Shown: positions 1 through 11,650 of the stretch, one piece after another
Layout: each line of letters starts with the position of its first letter
Position numbering within the stretch: the stretch's first letter is position 1
Assembly: GCA_030141605.1 (NCBI GenBank)
Contig: JAQGDQ010000247.1
Span: forward strand, 248,001 to 312,000
DNA length: 64,000 nt
Reading direction: 5' to 3'
Source: Tubiluchus corallicola
Lineage: Eukaryota; Animalia; Priapulida
Position numbers and translations under genes: made by a program
The notes under the pieces: model-generated
The model's input: only the letters and a program-made list of their open reading frames with translations
The model's database searches: none
What the model was told of the DNA's origin: nothing

Positions 1-72
1 CTAGGGTAGTTGAAGAATGACTTGCACGAAATAGCCATATATGTAGTTATCTCAAAAATTGAACATTTTATA

Positions 73-2280
73 ATGGCAGTACCTTACGTTAAAAGGCAAG
101 AGCATTATGGATTTGGATCACATGGAGTAAGCGTTATAAAGAATCATTTTATAACTTTGCAAGATGGTGTCAGGATTGCAATGAAATTTTTTTTCCCAAG
201 AGAAAACTTGACTGGCACTGATTTTGAAGATACCAACATATATCTGGCACTGAACGAGGAAAAACCATGCAATTTTGAAGATAGGTATCCAGTTATCTTG
301 GAGTACTTGCCATACAGAAAGTCTGATAGTACAGCTGACAGGGACCACAGGAGACACACTTGGTTTGCTTCTCATGGTTATGTTAGTGTTCGTGTTGACA
401 TGCGCGGATCTGGTGATTCTTATGGTTTTTACCATGGGGAGTATTTGCAACAGGAACAGACAGACTGTTTACAAATAATCACTTGGCTTGCTAAGCAGTC
501 CTGGTCAAATGGGAATGTGGGTATGTATGGTAAAAGCTGGGGTGGTTTCAACGGACTCCAGCTGGCTTATCTTCAGCCGCCAGAACTAAAGGCTGTCATT
601 TCATTGTACTCCACAGACAACCGCTTCATGACAGATTGTCACTACCAAGATGGTTGTGTCATTGGCCATGAAATGTTGGAGTGGGCAGCACAAATGTTTT
701 TGTGGAATGCTCTGCCTCCTCACCCGGAATTCATTTCTTATGAAACTTTCTATAGAACTTGGATGGTTCGTCTTGGAGAAACATGTAAAAGTAAATGCTG
801 GGCAAGAGACTGGTTACAGCATCAGAGTTATGATGATTTCTGGAAACATGGCTCAATCTGTGAAAATTATTCCAAGGTCACATGTCCGGTATTAGCTATT
901 GGTGGCTGGGTAGATGCTTACACTGATGCAGTTTTCCGAATGGTTGAAAATCTTTCAGTAGTTAGAGGACTTATTGGCCCATGGCCACATGAATGGCCAG
1001 ATATCTGTAACCCTGAACCAAATATTGATTTTCTTGGTTTGTGCTTGCAGTGGTGGGATTACCATCTTAAAGGTCTTGAAAATGGTGTTATGAGCATGCC
1101 AAAATTTCGTGTTTATCTCCTTGATGGTGTGCCACCATCGCCATCTGTTTCTTACTGGCCAGGAATTTGGATTGATCTTCAGCATTGGCCATGTGATACG
1201 TCTTCTTGCAAGTTTTACTTAAATTTAGATTCTATGAAACTGGAGACGACTCCTTCACTAAAGGCTATTGAGAGTATACCAGTCAGTGGCAATTTATCTT
1301 GTGGATTGTGGTATGGTGAGTGGATTTCACACGGAACTGCGTCAGATCTAGCCAGTGATCAGCAGCTGTCAGATTCATTATTTACTAGTTTTGAGTCACA
1401 GTGTTTGCAAAGCGATATTCTACTGCTTGGTTTTCCAAAGCTGACAGTGACGTTTTCGGTGAAGAATTCGCCTACTGCCATGCTTGCTGTAAAACTCTGT
1501 GATGTCTTTCCAAATGGGCAATCTTTCAGAGTTTCATTTCAGACTACAAATCTAAACCAAGCAGTGACTGACGTGAATTCAGAAATATCGCCACTACTAT
1601 GCAAGAAGTTGTATAATATTGATGTTACGCTGCAGTCGGTTGGCTACATTTTTAGAAAGGGTCATAGAATTAGACTTTGTTTAAGTTCTTGCATGTGGCC
1701 CAGTGCTTGGCCGTCACCTTTACGGACAAAAATATTGCTTCATGGAATGGTAAATGCACCCCTCTTAAGTTTACCTTCTGCGCCTGCAGATGTACCTATC
1801 GCAAGTCATTCGGATACCAAGGCTATTTTGGGAACCCCAACACTTGGCCCTCCTTTGGAATCTATTTGTTTAGAAGCGCCATCATTTGATCGTTACATTC
1901 ACTACAGTTTGTCCAACAGTCTTCGGCGCATCACAGTTAATTCCAGCCAAGGGAAATTCCACTTTCCTGAACATGGTACGACTATGCATGAAAGCAGCAG
2001 TCAAATTTATGAGATCCATGATAGAGCTTCATTAACTGAAGAGAATACAGAAGAAGATACACAGACAGCTAAAGCAGTTTGCAAAAAACTGTGCACAATG
2101 GATTGGCCTAACATACTTGGCATAAAAGCAGGTGGCCCAGCAGTGGAAATTACAACAAACAGTGAAATGACTTGCAGTCAGTGGTATTTTTTTCTTAAAA
2201 ACAAGATCAATGTTCGACATTTTGGTGAACATGTTTTTAAGGAAGAATGGATGGACACGATTAAACGTAATTTTGTTTGA
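73..2280 (+). CDS. CocE/NonD-family (peptidase S15, cocaine esterase/X-Pro dipeptidyl-peptidase-like) alpha/beta hydrolase, single coding exon, ~735 aa from first ATG
   Basis: ORF 10..2280, first ATG at 73. Family motifs: ILEYLPYRK (oxyanion Tyr), GYVSVRVDMRGSGDS, WSNGNVGMYGKSWGG (nucleophile Ser), GGWVDAY (Asp), GPWPH (His), LQWWDYHLKG, and C-terminal PepX_C-like LCDVFPNG...FRKGHRIRL. No intron is needed. Confidence 0.9.
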   Translation: MAVPYVKRQEHYGFGSHGVSVIKNHFITLQDGVRIAMKFFFPRENLTGTDFEDTNIYLALNEEKPCNFEDRYPVILEYLPYRKSDSTADRDHRRHTWFASHGYVSVRVDMRGSGDSYGFYHGEYLQQEQTDCLQIITWLAKQSWSNGNVGMYGKSWGGFNGLQLAYLQPPELKAVISLYSTDNRFMTDCHYQDGCVIGHEMLEWAAQMFLWNALPPHPEFISYETFYRTWMVRLGETCKSKCWARDWLQHQSYDDFWKHGSICENYSKVTCPVLAIGGWVDAYTDAVFRMVENLSVVRGLIGPWPHEWPDICNPEPNIDFLGLCLQWWDYHLKGLENGVMSMPKFRVYLLDGVPPSPSVSYWPGIWIDLQHWPCDTSSCKFYLNLDSMKLETTPSLKAIESIPVSGNLSCGLWYGEWISHGTASDLASDQQLSDSLFTSFESQCLQSDILLLGFPKLTVTFSVKNSPTAMLAVKLCDVFPNGQSFRVSFQTTNLNQAVTDVNSEISPLLCKKLYNIDVTLQSVGYIFRKGHRIRLCLSSCMWPSAWPSPLRTKILLHGMVNAPLLSLPSAPADVPIASHSDTKAILGTPTLGPPLESICLEAPSFDRYIHYSLSNSLRRITVNSSQGKFHFPEHGTTMHESSSQIYEIHDRASLTEENTEEDTQTAKAVCKKLCTMDWPNILGIKAGGPAVEITTNSEMTCSQWYFFLKNKINVRHFGEHVFKEEWMDTIKRNFV

Positions 2281-2576
2281 AATTTCAAAACTTTTGCATT
2301 TCTGATAGAATGTACATTTGGTTGTTACATTTTTGTGAACAGGTTTAGAATAGGTTAATTACTAAATTAATCTTGTTATTTGTTAAAAAAACAATTGCGG
2401 GAGGCCGTGGCCCTCGCTTGAAATCTAAATGTGCCTATAACATCCACCATTGAACAGGCTATCCAACCATTATAGGCACTATGCCTGGCGCATTCCTGTT
2501 CTGTAGAAACAAGAGGTATAAGTTTTGCGAAAAACGTGCAAAAAAGGGCCATTTTTGGTTTTTCGCCCCGTTTTTC

Positions 2577-3318
2577 CCAGTGACCCTAATTCGTAAAATG
2601 AACTATCAGTGAAACAATGAAATAACACTAGATCAAGACGACAATATATATTATATACAATATAATACAATATAATATTGTATTATTATAATAGTACAAT
2701 CATCATATTGTTGCACAGTAATATTATATTACTGTACAGTAATGATGTTGTATGTAGAACATTGTTATCATTTTTATTATTATTGTATGAAATTGTGTTT
2801 CTAGTTCTACTAAAGGTCATACTATGGGGCATTTTCAAAACATTGTCATTAATTTTGTTCACTTTCACTCTTTTTTTAAATATGCTTTACTTATATATTT
2901 AATATTGATGCAAATAAGTTGATAACATATATAAAAAACATATAAAATTTATACAAATGAAAATTATCTACAATTATTTAACAAACAACTTTACATCATT
3001 GTTTAATCTGCCATGTTAATCAGTGCTCAAATTAACCTATCTCATTGCCAAATAAAGGATGGCTGACTTGATGACTTTTTAGTCAATTCACTACCCTATC
3101 TCGTTGACTTTATATTTACTTTATTAACACATTTATTACTCTAATTATGTTTGTATATTTTTATTACATGTATACATTCTCGAAATGGTATAGAGAAAAA
3201 TAAACTTGATTTGATTTCATATATATGTACACATATATCCCCGGTGGCCCTGATTCGTGAAATGAACAATCAGTGAATCAGTGAGGTGACACTAGATCGT
3301 GACGGCAATATATATATA
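2577..3318 (+). repeat. Two copies (2577-2650, 3239-3318) of a ~70-bp element, each followed by (TA)n
   Basis: ccagtgaccctaattcgtaaaatgaactatcagtgaa...cactagatcaagacgacaatatata versus ccggtggccctgattcgtgaaatgaacaatcagtgaa...cactagatcgtgacggcaatatata. Confidence 0.7.
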
Positions 3319-3982
3319 TGGCTACATATTTATATATATATATATATATCCAGGTACCACCGAAATTAATTATACAGATGTTACTTTTTCGAATTAAGCA
3401 AGAAGAGGGGGATACATATGTGAATATAATAGAAAATTAACATTTTAGACATAAATGTAACTGTAATTTTTGTCACTATTTGTTCTTTCTATCTATTAGT
3501 ACAGAATGTTATAGGTTTAGTAAAATTAGTAAAAAGTCCTGCACGACACTTAATCACTGACTGTGTATAAACTTTGCAAAACAGCATGTACATTATTTCA
3601 AATTTTTGTATTTTATGTTTTATTCGAAATGAATCAAATATAATTCATTTTGATTGAGGTTCGTGATATGTGGAGCTGTATTTTTTTTTACTTTAAACTT
3701 TAAATAAATGTCAAACTAATAAACCAAGATGTAAAATGGCATGTTATTGTATTTGCTTTGATTTGAAATAGCTACAATTGGCTCCTGTAATTTGAGTGCT
3801 GTTGTTGTTCTTGATACACACTCATTTAATTGTATTACTGGTGTTATTTGCATGAACTCCAATGTTATGCTACAATGTAAGTGTTTTTCAATTTAGTAGA
3901 TTTTGGAATTTTCTGAAAATAACCGTAAATGAAATTTTGGCTAAATTACATTATACAAAATTTTTGTGTTAATTCTAACAAA

Positions 3983-4085
3983 GGCAATAGTTAGTGTATC
4001 AAATGGAATTTATTGCCGACCGGTTTTGAACGTTCGAAACCAATCAGCAATAAATTCCATTTTGATGTAGTTACATCTACTTGCC
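3983..4085. repeat. Imperfect ~100-bp palindrome
   Basis: atcaaatggaatttattgc...gcaataaattccattttgat arms around ttgaacgttcgaa. Confidence 0.7.
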
Positions 4086-4902
4086 AAATATGGATAATTC
4101 AATTCTGCAACAGTTATTTTTGCTGCTATTTTTTCGAAATGAATCATTAAATGCAAAATATTGGTTCTAGATAGTTATATTCACTTTAGACTATGTACGT
4201 GTAGCTGTGTTCTATACTATTTGGATTCATTGTCCAATGAGTATGATTAGAACCTTTTTTCCTAGAGAGCTAAAGGGCAAACTACTGTGCTGTGGAAGTT
4301 AGGAGGCATACCCATTGGATATATGGGACATTTCGCCCCAGTTACGTTTTTCTGCATTTTGGTAAAAAAGGCAGGGCTACTCAACAAAATGTCTGCAGTG
4401 TGACCAGATCCCCTGACTCATCAAGGATGAGCCATTAAACCAGTGGAGGTGTCTTCGTCACGTTCAGAGTTATTTTACATCCTCTCTCTCTATGAGGCAA
4501 AATGTTCAGATTTATGAGTCATACCATCAGGAGTGAGTTACTGAAAAATGCTAGCCACATGAAGCCCTATGACTTATCCACTCTGCCACACCCTCGCCAT
4601 CAAACTGTGAAAATATTAATTCATATGCTACTGTTATGTTTTTTTTCTTACAGTTTTGAAAACACACACGTATATTTTTATTTAACTTGCTAGTGTTTCT
4701 GTGTTACCACCCGAGAGAGACACAGTTATGATAGCCTAGTCTTGAAGTGGTAAAGATTAGTTGAGTGAGAGACTAAAGGTTATGGATGAGTAAACTAAGA
4801 GTTTACCTGCAAAATATATGACACTGCCCTCGGTCTATTGGCATTCTCTGTTTTACTGACAACTTTATGTATATTGCTCCTTATTTTTGCTAGAGTGCTA
4901 TT

Positions 4903-7900
4903 ATGTCAGAGTAAGTTCCATTTTTTGTAATTGTAAACTGGAGTACTTTGCGAGATAACATTAATGGTTTAGAGTAAATTTTTCATTTGTTTATAGTACT
5001 TTGATTTTTCAGTTCAAACAACCACAGAACGCCTAAAATCTATACCAAGACAGGGGATAAAGGTAGGTAAATACCAAAGTTATATTTGATATTGTTCAAA
5101 CATATATAAAAAATACTTGTTAATTCGCTTATTAATGTGGTACATTTTATGCTTTTGCTTATTAGTACATAGCATTGTCCTATTGCATGTATTTCATTGT
5201 ACATTAATAAAATTTCTATGTATTTCATCTTCAATACATAGTATACCACCTGTATGCCATTTATTTCTTCCTGAGACCTCTTTATCAGTGGTTACTGTGG
5301 CTAAAGGTTTTTTGTCTCTTTGACAATAAGAAATATATGATTATGTAAAAAATAAAGTATTGCCATACTTCCATCTTATACTTGTTTGTGTTTATTTTAG
5401 GTACATCAGTGTTGTTTACTGGTGAAAGAAGAGACAAGGATGATCAGATTTTTGAAGCTTTGGGAACTGTTGATGAGCTTGCTTCATCTATAGGGTACGC
5501 CTGATGTAAAGGGATACAGAATCTTCCAGAAATAAAGAAATTTAATAGGACACATTTTCCTGAAACTTCATGTGCCATTAGGCTGTCAGTCAATAAATTT
5601 TGCAAAAATTCATAGCCTGTGAACTTGCACACGTGCCTTTGCACTATTGAGTATTTGAAAAACCTGTTTTCTTTTTTACAAGTTGGTGTATCTTTTTCAG
5701 TTTCTTGCTTGCAAAGTAACTCTATAAAGAGGTATATTTCTCCATGATACAGGTGTTCTTATTGTTCCCATTGTTCATGTAATTAGTTTTTAGCCAGTTT
5801 TTATATTGTGACGGTCACAATAGAGTTACTGTATGTTATAAATTTTTGCAAAAAAAAACAGGTTATTGTCAACGGTAAATGGCATTTTAAAAATCTAAAT
5901 GACGTACGCAGGCAGTTATGCAGAAAAACTCAATAAGCGAGTAACCTAATATTTGGCATTTCGGTCAATGTTTAAACGATGAAGCATTAGTCAGTAACCA
6001 CTCTGGTTAAAAGGGTCGTAAAGCAGAAACGAGCAGTGGTGTGACCACCTCAGCTGCAAGGCCACCTCATTCTGCAAGCAGATTAAGCATTTTAGATATA
6101 AAAAATTTTCTTGCACCTATTAACCATTAATTATTCAAAAATGGGTATTCTTTTTTTAATGAGAAACATTTAATTCACACTAATTCACATCTTTTAGAGG
6201 AACTTCCTGTACTGGGGAAGGGAAAGTGGACTGAACTGGAAGAGATTAATTACTCTCTTGGCAAGTTCCAACCCCTTCAGTACCTGTTTTAACGATTTCT
6301 CATATCTGATACATTCATAAGTGCGTCATTTTTCCAGTCTGGCCATGGAATTTTGCAAGGAAAAGGAACATTGCTTTGTAAATGAGCTGGAAAAAATACA
6401 ATGTGTTCTACAGGATGTCGGATCTACCGTAGCTACACCATTGAGCCAAGCCAGGGAAGCACATATCAGTAAGCTGCTATCATAGTGGTGTTATAAGCTC
6501 TTGTCACCCATGATTGTGTGCCCCACTAAGCCTAATTTTTTGCTGTCAGAACTATTAGATTGGGTTTGTCCTTTTTTATGCCATTGTTTTATAATCGTTC
6601 CTGTAATTGCATGTCTCAAATCCTGCATTAGTCATTTTATAATTTTAGCCATGTAGATGTGTGTTTTTCTGCACAACTAGCATTTGATGTAATGTTAATT
6701 CCTATCCTGACTACTATTTTATGTGCAAGCTTGCCTGTTCCATTCGTTTATTCCATTACTACTTTATCAATTATTTGTAAATGTAAGCCCCTGTTTTTAA
6801 GGTGTTTGTTACTATTACCAGATGATGTTGAGTTGAACCCTGACCTAGTAATGGGTAATCTGTCAGTTGTACATGCTAATGTCCAGATTCTGTTATTAAA
6901 CAAAAGTTTTACTCGAGTTTTACTCAAAAGATCAGAGAGAATCCAAATTTTGTAAGTTATGGGAAGCAAGAAAACCTATATATGAGAAAAATAGGTGTCT
7001 TAGTAACTGACTGCCAAAAAATTTTGAGGCGGCAGTTTTGGAAGCTAGCACTGTTAGGTCTGCAAAGGAAGAAACAAATCTGAAATACGTTGATTGAGAC
7101 GTTATAGTATTAGAATCGTAGAATAATATTTGCATACTACTTGAATAATAAGTATGGTTTTGCTATTTTTTCAGTGCATTTTTGTTAATTATGGATGAGT
7201 AAATCTAATGGTTTACTTTTGTTTATTAAGCATACAAATCTGGTTTGTTTCTCTTACAGAAAAAACTCAGTTTAGTGTGGGTCACGTGAATGATTTGGAA
7301 CAGTGGATTGATGCATATACCGAAAAACTTCCACCTTTGAAAAATTTCATCATACCAGTAAGACATTTCGCTCCATACACATTCCGTAATTTAGCTGATA
7401 AGTGAAGTATCTTAATTTTTAAGTAAGTTTAGATATTATAGCAAAACATGTGTAACAGTAGAGCATCCTATCTTGTACAACTGGGTACTAAAATACGATT
7501 TATGTTCTATTGCTGAAAACTTTTTGTACGTATTGGCAATACGGTATCAATACTTTCCCAAATTAGCTAGCCACTAACGATATCATTAATTAATTATGAC
7601 TGTGATTGCCAGAATTTTTATAAACCATTGCGGCTTATTTTACCAGTTATTACCCATTGTGGGTAATGATTTGGAAAAAGGAGATGCTGAAAAATGAGAA
7701 ATAAAAACTGTATTATTATCATTTTCTTTTCATTTTGGCATGAAGCTCATATCTTCCTGCTCTGCTGTAACTTTTTCAACATGGGAATGCAAATTATTAT
7801 CAATTACATGTGTCTTCAGTTCCAGAATATTCCTAGTCAAGCTGTTTGCATCTTTGCTGTAATGAAACACCAAAAAGATCACTCATTCAAATCTAAATTA

Positions 7901-10429
7901 ACTATCCGTGATTATAGACATTAATATTTTGAATATGCTCTATTCGGCTTGAAGAAACTGCCGTTTGTTAAGAGAGGCCCATTGTTTGTCCAACATTGTT
8001 AGTAATTGTGTGGTAGTTTGCCGACAGAACAGTAGGTCTTCCATTTTCTTACTATCCATCTTATTTCTATGCCACTGCATAGCATAGTACATTTTCCAAG
8101 TGGCCAAGAAGATAAAAGTACTTTTGTAATGACGCATATTGCTAAACCTCTTATTAGGTAATTGGTCGCTTTAGAATGACTATCAAAATAGTTTTTCAAA
8201 AGGAATAGCAGTTGAAATCGTTTTTAGGCTTTTGCTCTATCATTCATAATGCTAGCTTCAATTTGGGAAATTTGTTTAAATTGTTCACCTAACTTTCGTT
8301 TTGACTGATTAATGCAGTTCACGTGTCTGTTCTGTTGCAGTCTGGTGGGAAATGCAGCTCATCTCTTCATTTGTGCAGAGCAATTTGTCGAAGAGCTGAA
8401 AGACGGCAAGTTTCAGTATTAATGCAGTGCTAAGTTGTTGGCAGATGTAACAACTCCCAAGTTACTGAAATGCTAAAGACTGAGAATCATATAGGGGTGA
8501 TAATCAGCACGTGTTGTTTAGAGAATGCTGATTATCATGTCTGTTTATTCGTTTATCTACCTTCTGACTTTCTGCCCACCACCTGTTCATCCATCCTGCA
8601 AATCTGCCATTGAATTAACAAATTATTTAGTCATTAATTTTTATCGTAATCTGAATTAACTTTTTATTCTACCAAGTTATTAGAATGTTCGTATTATTTT
8701 TAAATTTTGCATGTAATTCAAAAACTTGAAACATTACTGTCATAATCCATATATTACAGATTTGTTTTTTCCTTTGTAGACCTAACACTGCTAGCTGTGA
8801 AGACTAATGAACGACTTCAAAATTTTTTGAGCAGTCAAATACTGTGGCAAATATTTTTCTCATCTATGGGTCTTTCGTCCTATATTGTCAGCAACTTGTG
8901 CATTCCGTTGTCATATTACCTCAGTATTGTGCAGTACAAGCATCTATCATTTTGAACAGTGCTACCATCTACCAGCAACTTTGGAACCTTGCATCTCTTT
9001 CACGATCATTTGATAAAATCGGCGAACTTACGTTCGCTGTTTTTTTTGTTTATGTAGTTCAACAGCAGGGGACAGAGTTAATGTAAATAATTGTGGCAGA
9101 ACTGCTATCCCTCATATTAGTGTCCATTGGACACTGAAATAGCAGATGTGTGTTGCCCACATTCCATGCATCCTCTCTTGTCAAAATAATGGCTGGGCAG
9201 CGTGACAGATTGCAAAACTATTTTCCAAGCAATCGCCCATCAATTTGCTATCCAGGTTCAGTATTGCTTAACTTTTATTGCTAAATACGTGCCGCTAAGA
9301 CTTCATGGCTATTTTCGTCTCCTGTGAATTACATATGATACTGATCGGTATGTTAACAATGATACAGTCAGTAATTTGAATAATAGTTGCAAAAAAATTT
9401 CAAAAACTTTACCTTACTCACTGATTTTTTCATAATCTAAGGGTAAAAACATGATATTTATTTTGCCAAGCCATGTTTTGTCATTATGTCACATTCACAT
9501 GTACATAATTATGCATTTATATCAATAACATTAAAGCTTATTGTTTTACAGACTTGCCTCAATAAGGGATGAAATAGATGGAGAACCTCTCAGGTACTTA
9601 AACCGGTATGTTTGAAACAGTTAACTAAGAAAACGTTTCATTGATTTCTTCATTCTACTGTACTGTAGAATAATTTGAAGTAATGTTATTTGACTTCTTA
9701 TAATAATAGGACTAAATAAGGACTAATCAAGTTTGCTAGTGTCATCGAATGCATGTATACTTGTTACCTGATTATCTGGCTTTTTCTCCAGAGTTGTTTC
9801 TTCCGGTAATCCTAGAATGTTGCACAAACTCGGTTTTGTAAATGTTGACTATTTTGTAAATATTTCTTATTTGGTGTATTCAAGTTTGTTTGTGCGGTTA
9901 ATGTATATGTACAGTCATGTTAATTTTGTTTTGGAGCAAGGGGAATACCTGAATGGCGCTTGCTTGGCAGCAAAGTTAAGCAACTCTGGGCTAGGTTATA
10001 AATAGGTGGGTGACCACCAGGAAATCGCTTTTTAGAGGTTTTTCCTGCCATGCTGCCTTTGGCTATTTATCTTGAGCCAGGCACCACTTTTTCAGGAAGA
10101 CAATTTATTCCCTAGGTGATGAATTAAGTTTTGATCCCAACAACTTTCTCCATTAATTAGGCCTTGCCGTTAAATGTTAGGATCCCAACTGTTACATATA
10201 ATTTGCAAACACACTACTGATTTTGCAAAGATGTTTTCGGAAAGATCTTATGTTTTTTCTTAGACTCAGTGACTATCTGTTCACCGTAGCCAGATTTTCT
10301 GTACAAGAGGAGGGTAACTCTGAAATTGTTTACCGGCGACCTCGACCAGGACAGCAAGATGGCTGGAATCAAAGTGACACAAGCAGTAGCAGCAGCGAGT
10401 CAAGCACCACGGGTAGCAGCAAGAGCTAA
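4903..10429 (+). CDS. MMAB: Cob(I)alamin adenosyltransferase (PduO-type, MMAB). Coding exons 4903-4910, 5013-5062, 5401-5494, 6338-6468, 7260-7357, 8341-8405, 9552-9605, 10264-10429
   Basis: Spliced translation gives [42 protein letters not shown]...[40 protein letters not shown]...[14 protein letters not shown], the PduO/MMAB signature motifs. All intron phases are consistent. The start at 4903 is tentative because an upstream exon is possible. Confidence 0.93.
6790..6890 (+). mobile_element. Decayed non-LTR retrotransposon fragment: 2A-like peptide followed by the start of an APE endonuclease domain
   Basis: Translates as [31 protein letters not shown], close to the LLLxGDVExNPGP plus xxHxNVxSL layout of CR1/L2-type elements. 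Lies in an MMAB intron. Confidence 0.6.
9218..9278 (-). mobile_element. 5S rRNA-derived SINE head or 5S pseudogene fragment
   Basis: Minus strand reads aagttaagcaatactgaacctggatagcaaattgatgggcgattgcttggaaaatag, similar to 5S AAGYTAAGCAG..GGGCCTGGTTAGTACTTGGATGGGWGACCGCCTGGGAATAC. Confidence 0.55.
9955..10028 (+). mobile_element. 5S rRNA-derived SINE head or 5S pseudogene fragment
   Basis: aaagttaagcaactctgggctaggttataaataggtgggtgaccaccaggaaatc matches the 5S internal control region (A box to C box). Confidence 0.6.
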
Positions 10430-11599
10430 ACATATGAGTTAAAAAGGTGCAATAATAGAGACTGGTAGATAGAAGTCGATGTGAATGTAGAGAGAGAACG
10501 CATGTTTCAAAAGCAGCACGTATGGCTACAGCTGTGTAAAGTTTACAGAAAGTCAAACGAATATTGGAGATCAGTATCTAAAACCACAGGCTACCAGTAG
10601 AGTGTAAACTGAGCTGTGAAGACTTCGAGAAGTAGGAAGTAACTAAAAGCTAAGAGAGTATCAAAAGATATGCATTACAGTGTTTTAGTGTCTTCATGTA
10701 TTTGAAATGCAGATTAAGATACATTATAGTGAAATGCAACAGATTAAAATGCATTAGAAGTTCAGATTGCTAGTTTTATGCAATTTACTTATTAAAATGC
10801 TCATGTTATTAAATAAACTAGTTGTATAAATGTAATTTAAATTATGTCTTAGCAGTAATCGAAATAAAATGATGTTTCGTTTTCCAGAAACAATTTTTTA
10901 TGCCATTGTTGATTTGAAAAAATTCAAACCTAAAGAATATTATTTTTTCAACAGAACCATATTTTTAAAAATTTTCAAAACCATAGATACAAAAACAAAC
11001 GTACAATAGGCACATTCACGCAATTTGCCTGAGATTGATTTATTTGAGAAAGCTAAAACTACATTAAGCGATTTAAATGTCTTTATTATTTTACTTATTT
11101 TTAACTGTTTCTAATTTTCTAATAATCTATTTTTCTAATTCCTATCAGTTCTTCCTTAAAAGTCAACAAAAAAAAGAAAGGAACATTTGATGACATTCTC
11201 GTTATGAAACTCCTATAATCGACCCCCTTCTAGCGACTTTTGGCCATTGGTGCTGCAAATGGCAGCAACAGCAGATAATTGTTGTTTATCCAAATGCTGT
11301 TTATTCTACTTTTCATGTCTTTGTTGGTTTTTATCTACTCTTGTTTTTTTCAATCATTTCGTTTTCTCATTTCTGGAGGTTCAATCATTTCGTGTAAAAG
11401 AAAACGTAGCTTATTCACCATTTTTTGAGTAATATATTAATGACTTTTTGTCCAACTGTCTACAGTTATCAAAACATTAACAGTTGGTATCATGTCAAAC
11501 ATTACTCACAGTTAAAACAGAAACATTGCAATCAACAAAAGCAAGACAGAAGAGTATCAGACAATGTAAAGAGGAAAATGGAACAAGGCGAAGAAGAGA

Positions 11600-11650
11600 T
11601 AAGAGAAGAGAAGAGAAGAGAAGAGAAGAGAAGAGAAGAGAAGAGAAGGA
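11600..11650 (+). repeat. (AGAAG)n microsatellite
   Basis: Read directly from the sequence. Confidence 0.95.

Noticed and set aside
10-72. TTG start at position 10 for the CocE ORF
   Set aside because: In a eukaryotic context the first ATG (73, ataATGG) is the more plausible start.
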